In this document: positions 1 to 457 of the stretch, in pieces
Position numbering within the stretch: the first letter of the stretch is position 1
Layout: the number at the start of each line of letters is the position of its first letter
DNA from: a phage
Length of the DNA stretch: 457 nt
Sequence record: AH001322.2
Reading direction: 5' to 3' (one strand)
The notes under the pieces: model-generated
What the model was told of the DNA's origin: nothing
Database searches by the model: none
What the model saw: the letters and a program-made list of their open reading frames with translations, nothing else
Program-made: the position numbers and the translations under genes

Positions 1-117
1 GGCCGAAGCAGTGTATTGATTCACTTGAAGTACGAAAAAAACCGGGAGGACATTGGATTATTCGGGATCTGATGGGATTAGATTTGGTGGGGCTTGCAAC
101 CTGTAGTGCAATTTTAG

Positions 118-217
118 NNNNNNNNNNNNNNNNNNNNNNNNNNNNNNNNNNNNNNNNNNNNNNNNNNNNNNNNNNNNNNNNNNNNNNNNNNNNNNNNNNN
201 NNNNNNNNNNNNNNNNN
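118..217. other. Assembly/scaffold gap: run of exactly 100 N, true length and content unknown
   Basis: Seen directly: positions 118-217 are all N. A 100-N run is the usual placeholder for a gap of unknown size, so the flanks may not be separated by exactly 100 bp. Confidence 0.98.
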
Positions 218-284
218 CACTGTCGGCGAAGGTAAGTTGATGACTCATGATGAACCCTGTTCTATGGCTCCAGATGACAAACAT
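218..284 (-). CDS. insH: IS5 transposase InsH (DDE transposase), N-terminal 22 codons only; rest lost in the gap
   Basis: Minus-strand ATG (complement of 282-284) translates to M F V I W S H R T G F I M S H Q L T F A D S, matching the N-terminus of E. coli InsH as I remember it (MFVIWSHRTGFIMSHQLTFADSEF...). A second in-frame Met (complement of 246-248, MSHQLTFADS) is the alternative start used in some annotations. Confidence 0.8.
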
Positions 285-300
285 GATCTCACATCAGGGA

Positions 301-316
301 CTTGTTCGCACCTTCC
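301..316 (-). repeat. IS5 terminal inverted repeat (left IR, 16 bp)
   Basis: + strand cttgttcgcaccttcc at 301-316 is the reverse complement of GGAAGGTGCGAACAAG, the left IR of IS5 as I recall it. It sits at the outer boundary of the IS-like segment, directly beside flanking DNA. Confidence 0.85.
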
Positions 317-320
317 CTAA
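317..320. repeat. Candidate target-site tetramer CTAA at the IS5 junction (possible 4-bp target-site duplication copy)
   Basis: CTAA lies immediately outside the IR. IS5 is known to insert at YTAR (CTAG/CTAA-type) sites and make 4-bp duplications. The other junction is not in the sequenced part of the window, so the duplication itself cannot be confirmed. Confidence 0.45.
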
Positions 321-370
321 GTGATCCCCATGTAATGAATAAAAAGCAGTAATTAATACATCTGTTTCAT

Positions 371-439
371 TTGAAGCGCGAAAGCTAAAGTTTTCGCATT
401 TATCGTGAACGCTTTCGCGTTTTTCGTGCGCCGCTTCAA
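371..439. repeat. Interrupted inverted repeat (dyad symmetry) in the flanking DNA, function unknown
   Basis: Seen directly: cgcgaaagc (377-385) is perfectly complementary to gctttcgcg (411-419), a 9-bp stem with a 25-nt spacer. ttgaagcg (371-378) is perfectly complementary to cgcttcaa (432-439). Together the left arm ttgaagcgcgaaagc (371-385) pairs with a right arm split by a 14-nt insert (420-433). TTTCG/CGAAA motifs recur (379-384, 392-396, 413-417, 422-426). Confidence 0.7.
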
Positions 440-457
440 GCAGCGTTGTTGCAGTGC

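Larger units (their letters stand above)
218..316 (-). mobile_element. IS5-family insertion sequence, left (transposase-proximal) end; partial, interior lost in the gap
   Basis: The reverse complement of 218-316 reads ggaaggtgcgaacaagtccctgatgtgagatcatgtttgtcatctggagccatagaacagggttcatcatgagtcatcaacttaccttcgccgacagtg. I recognise this as the IS5 left terminus (IR GGAAGGTGCGAACAAG followed by the insH leader and start). Recognition is from memory, not a database search. Confidence 0.85.

Noticed and set aside
72-320. ORF-track CDS on the + strand, 82 aa with 34 X residues
   Set aside because: It is read through 100 Ns of unknown true length, so frame continuity across the gap is meaningless. 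Its C-terminal part is the antisense of the IS5 left end and insH start and runs through the terminal IR to the TAA of the target tetramer.
228-320. Short + strand ORF (ATG at 240, MTHDEPCSMAPDDKHDLTSGTCSHLP) preceded by an SD-like gaagg
   Set aside because: It lies entirely antisense to the insH 5' end and the terminal inverted repeat. The gaagg is the complement of insH coding sequence. There is no independent support for a 26-aa peptide.
232-343. Eukaryote-like signals: GTAAGT splice-donor motif (232-237) and AATAAA polyadenylation signal (338-343)
   Set aside because: The context is a bacterial insertion sequence. GTAAGT is the complement of insH codons and AATAAA sits in an AT-rich flank, so both are chance hexamers.
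330-360. AT-rich stretch with -10-like hexamers (taatac, gtaatg) as an outward promoter
   Set aside because: No properly spaced -35 partner and no identifiable downstream start codon within the window. Too weak to call a promoter.
371-419. Heat-shock-element-like GAA/TTC spacing and CRP/PurR/ArgR-like half sites in the dyad region
   Set aside because: Each candidate matches only about half of its consensus or has the wrong spacing. The matches reflect the TTTCG/CGAAA composition, not a specific known operator.
408-424. Small hairpin aacgc/gcgtt with a tttc loop followed by a T-run, as a possible intrinsic terminator on the + strand
   Set aside because: The stem is only 5 bp with 3 GC pairs, the T-run is partly inside the stem, and no + strand gene is evident upstream (the IS5 end lies there). 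It is better explained as the centre of the larger dyad element.
1-457. CRISPR array, tRNA, rRNA or other structured RNA genes
   Set aside because: No regularly spaced direct repeats, no tRNA-like cloverleaf or rRNA-like segment. The only repeats are short and irregular.

Overview
This 457-bp window is two short sequenced flanks separated by a 100-N scaffold gap (118-217). The right flank opens with 99 bp (218-316) that I recognise as the left end of an IS5-family insertion sequence in minus orientation: a 16-bp terminal inverted repeat (301-316) and the first 22 codons of the transposase InsH reading leftward into the gap. The element abuts a CTAA tetramer (317-320), which fits the IS5 target preference. 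Beyond it, 321-457 is an AT-rich stretch followed by an interrupted dyad-symmetry element (371-439) of unknown function. The left flank (1-117) has stops in all forward frames apart from a 15-codon ORF start running into the gap, and I cannot identify it. The supplied + strand ORF 72-320 is an artefact of translating through the Ns. I see no sequence evidence for a novel biological system here; the real content is an IS insertion junction beside a structured, probably intergenic, region in a draft assembly. Identifications are from memory of IS5 and were not checked by any search.
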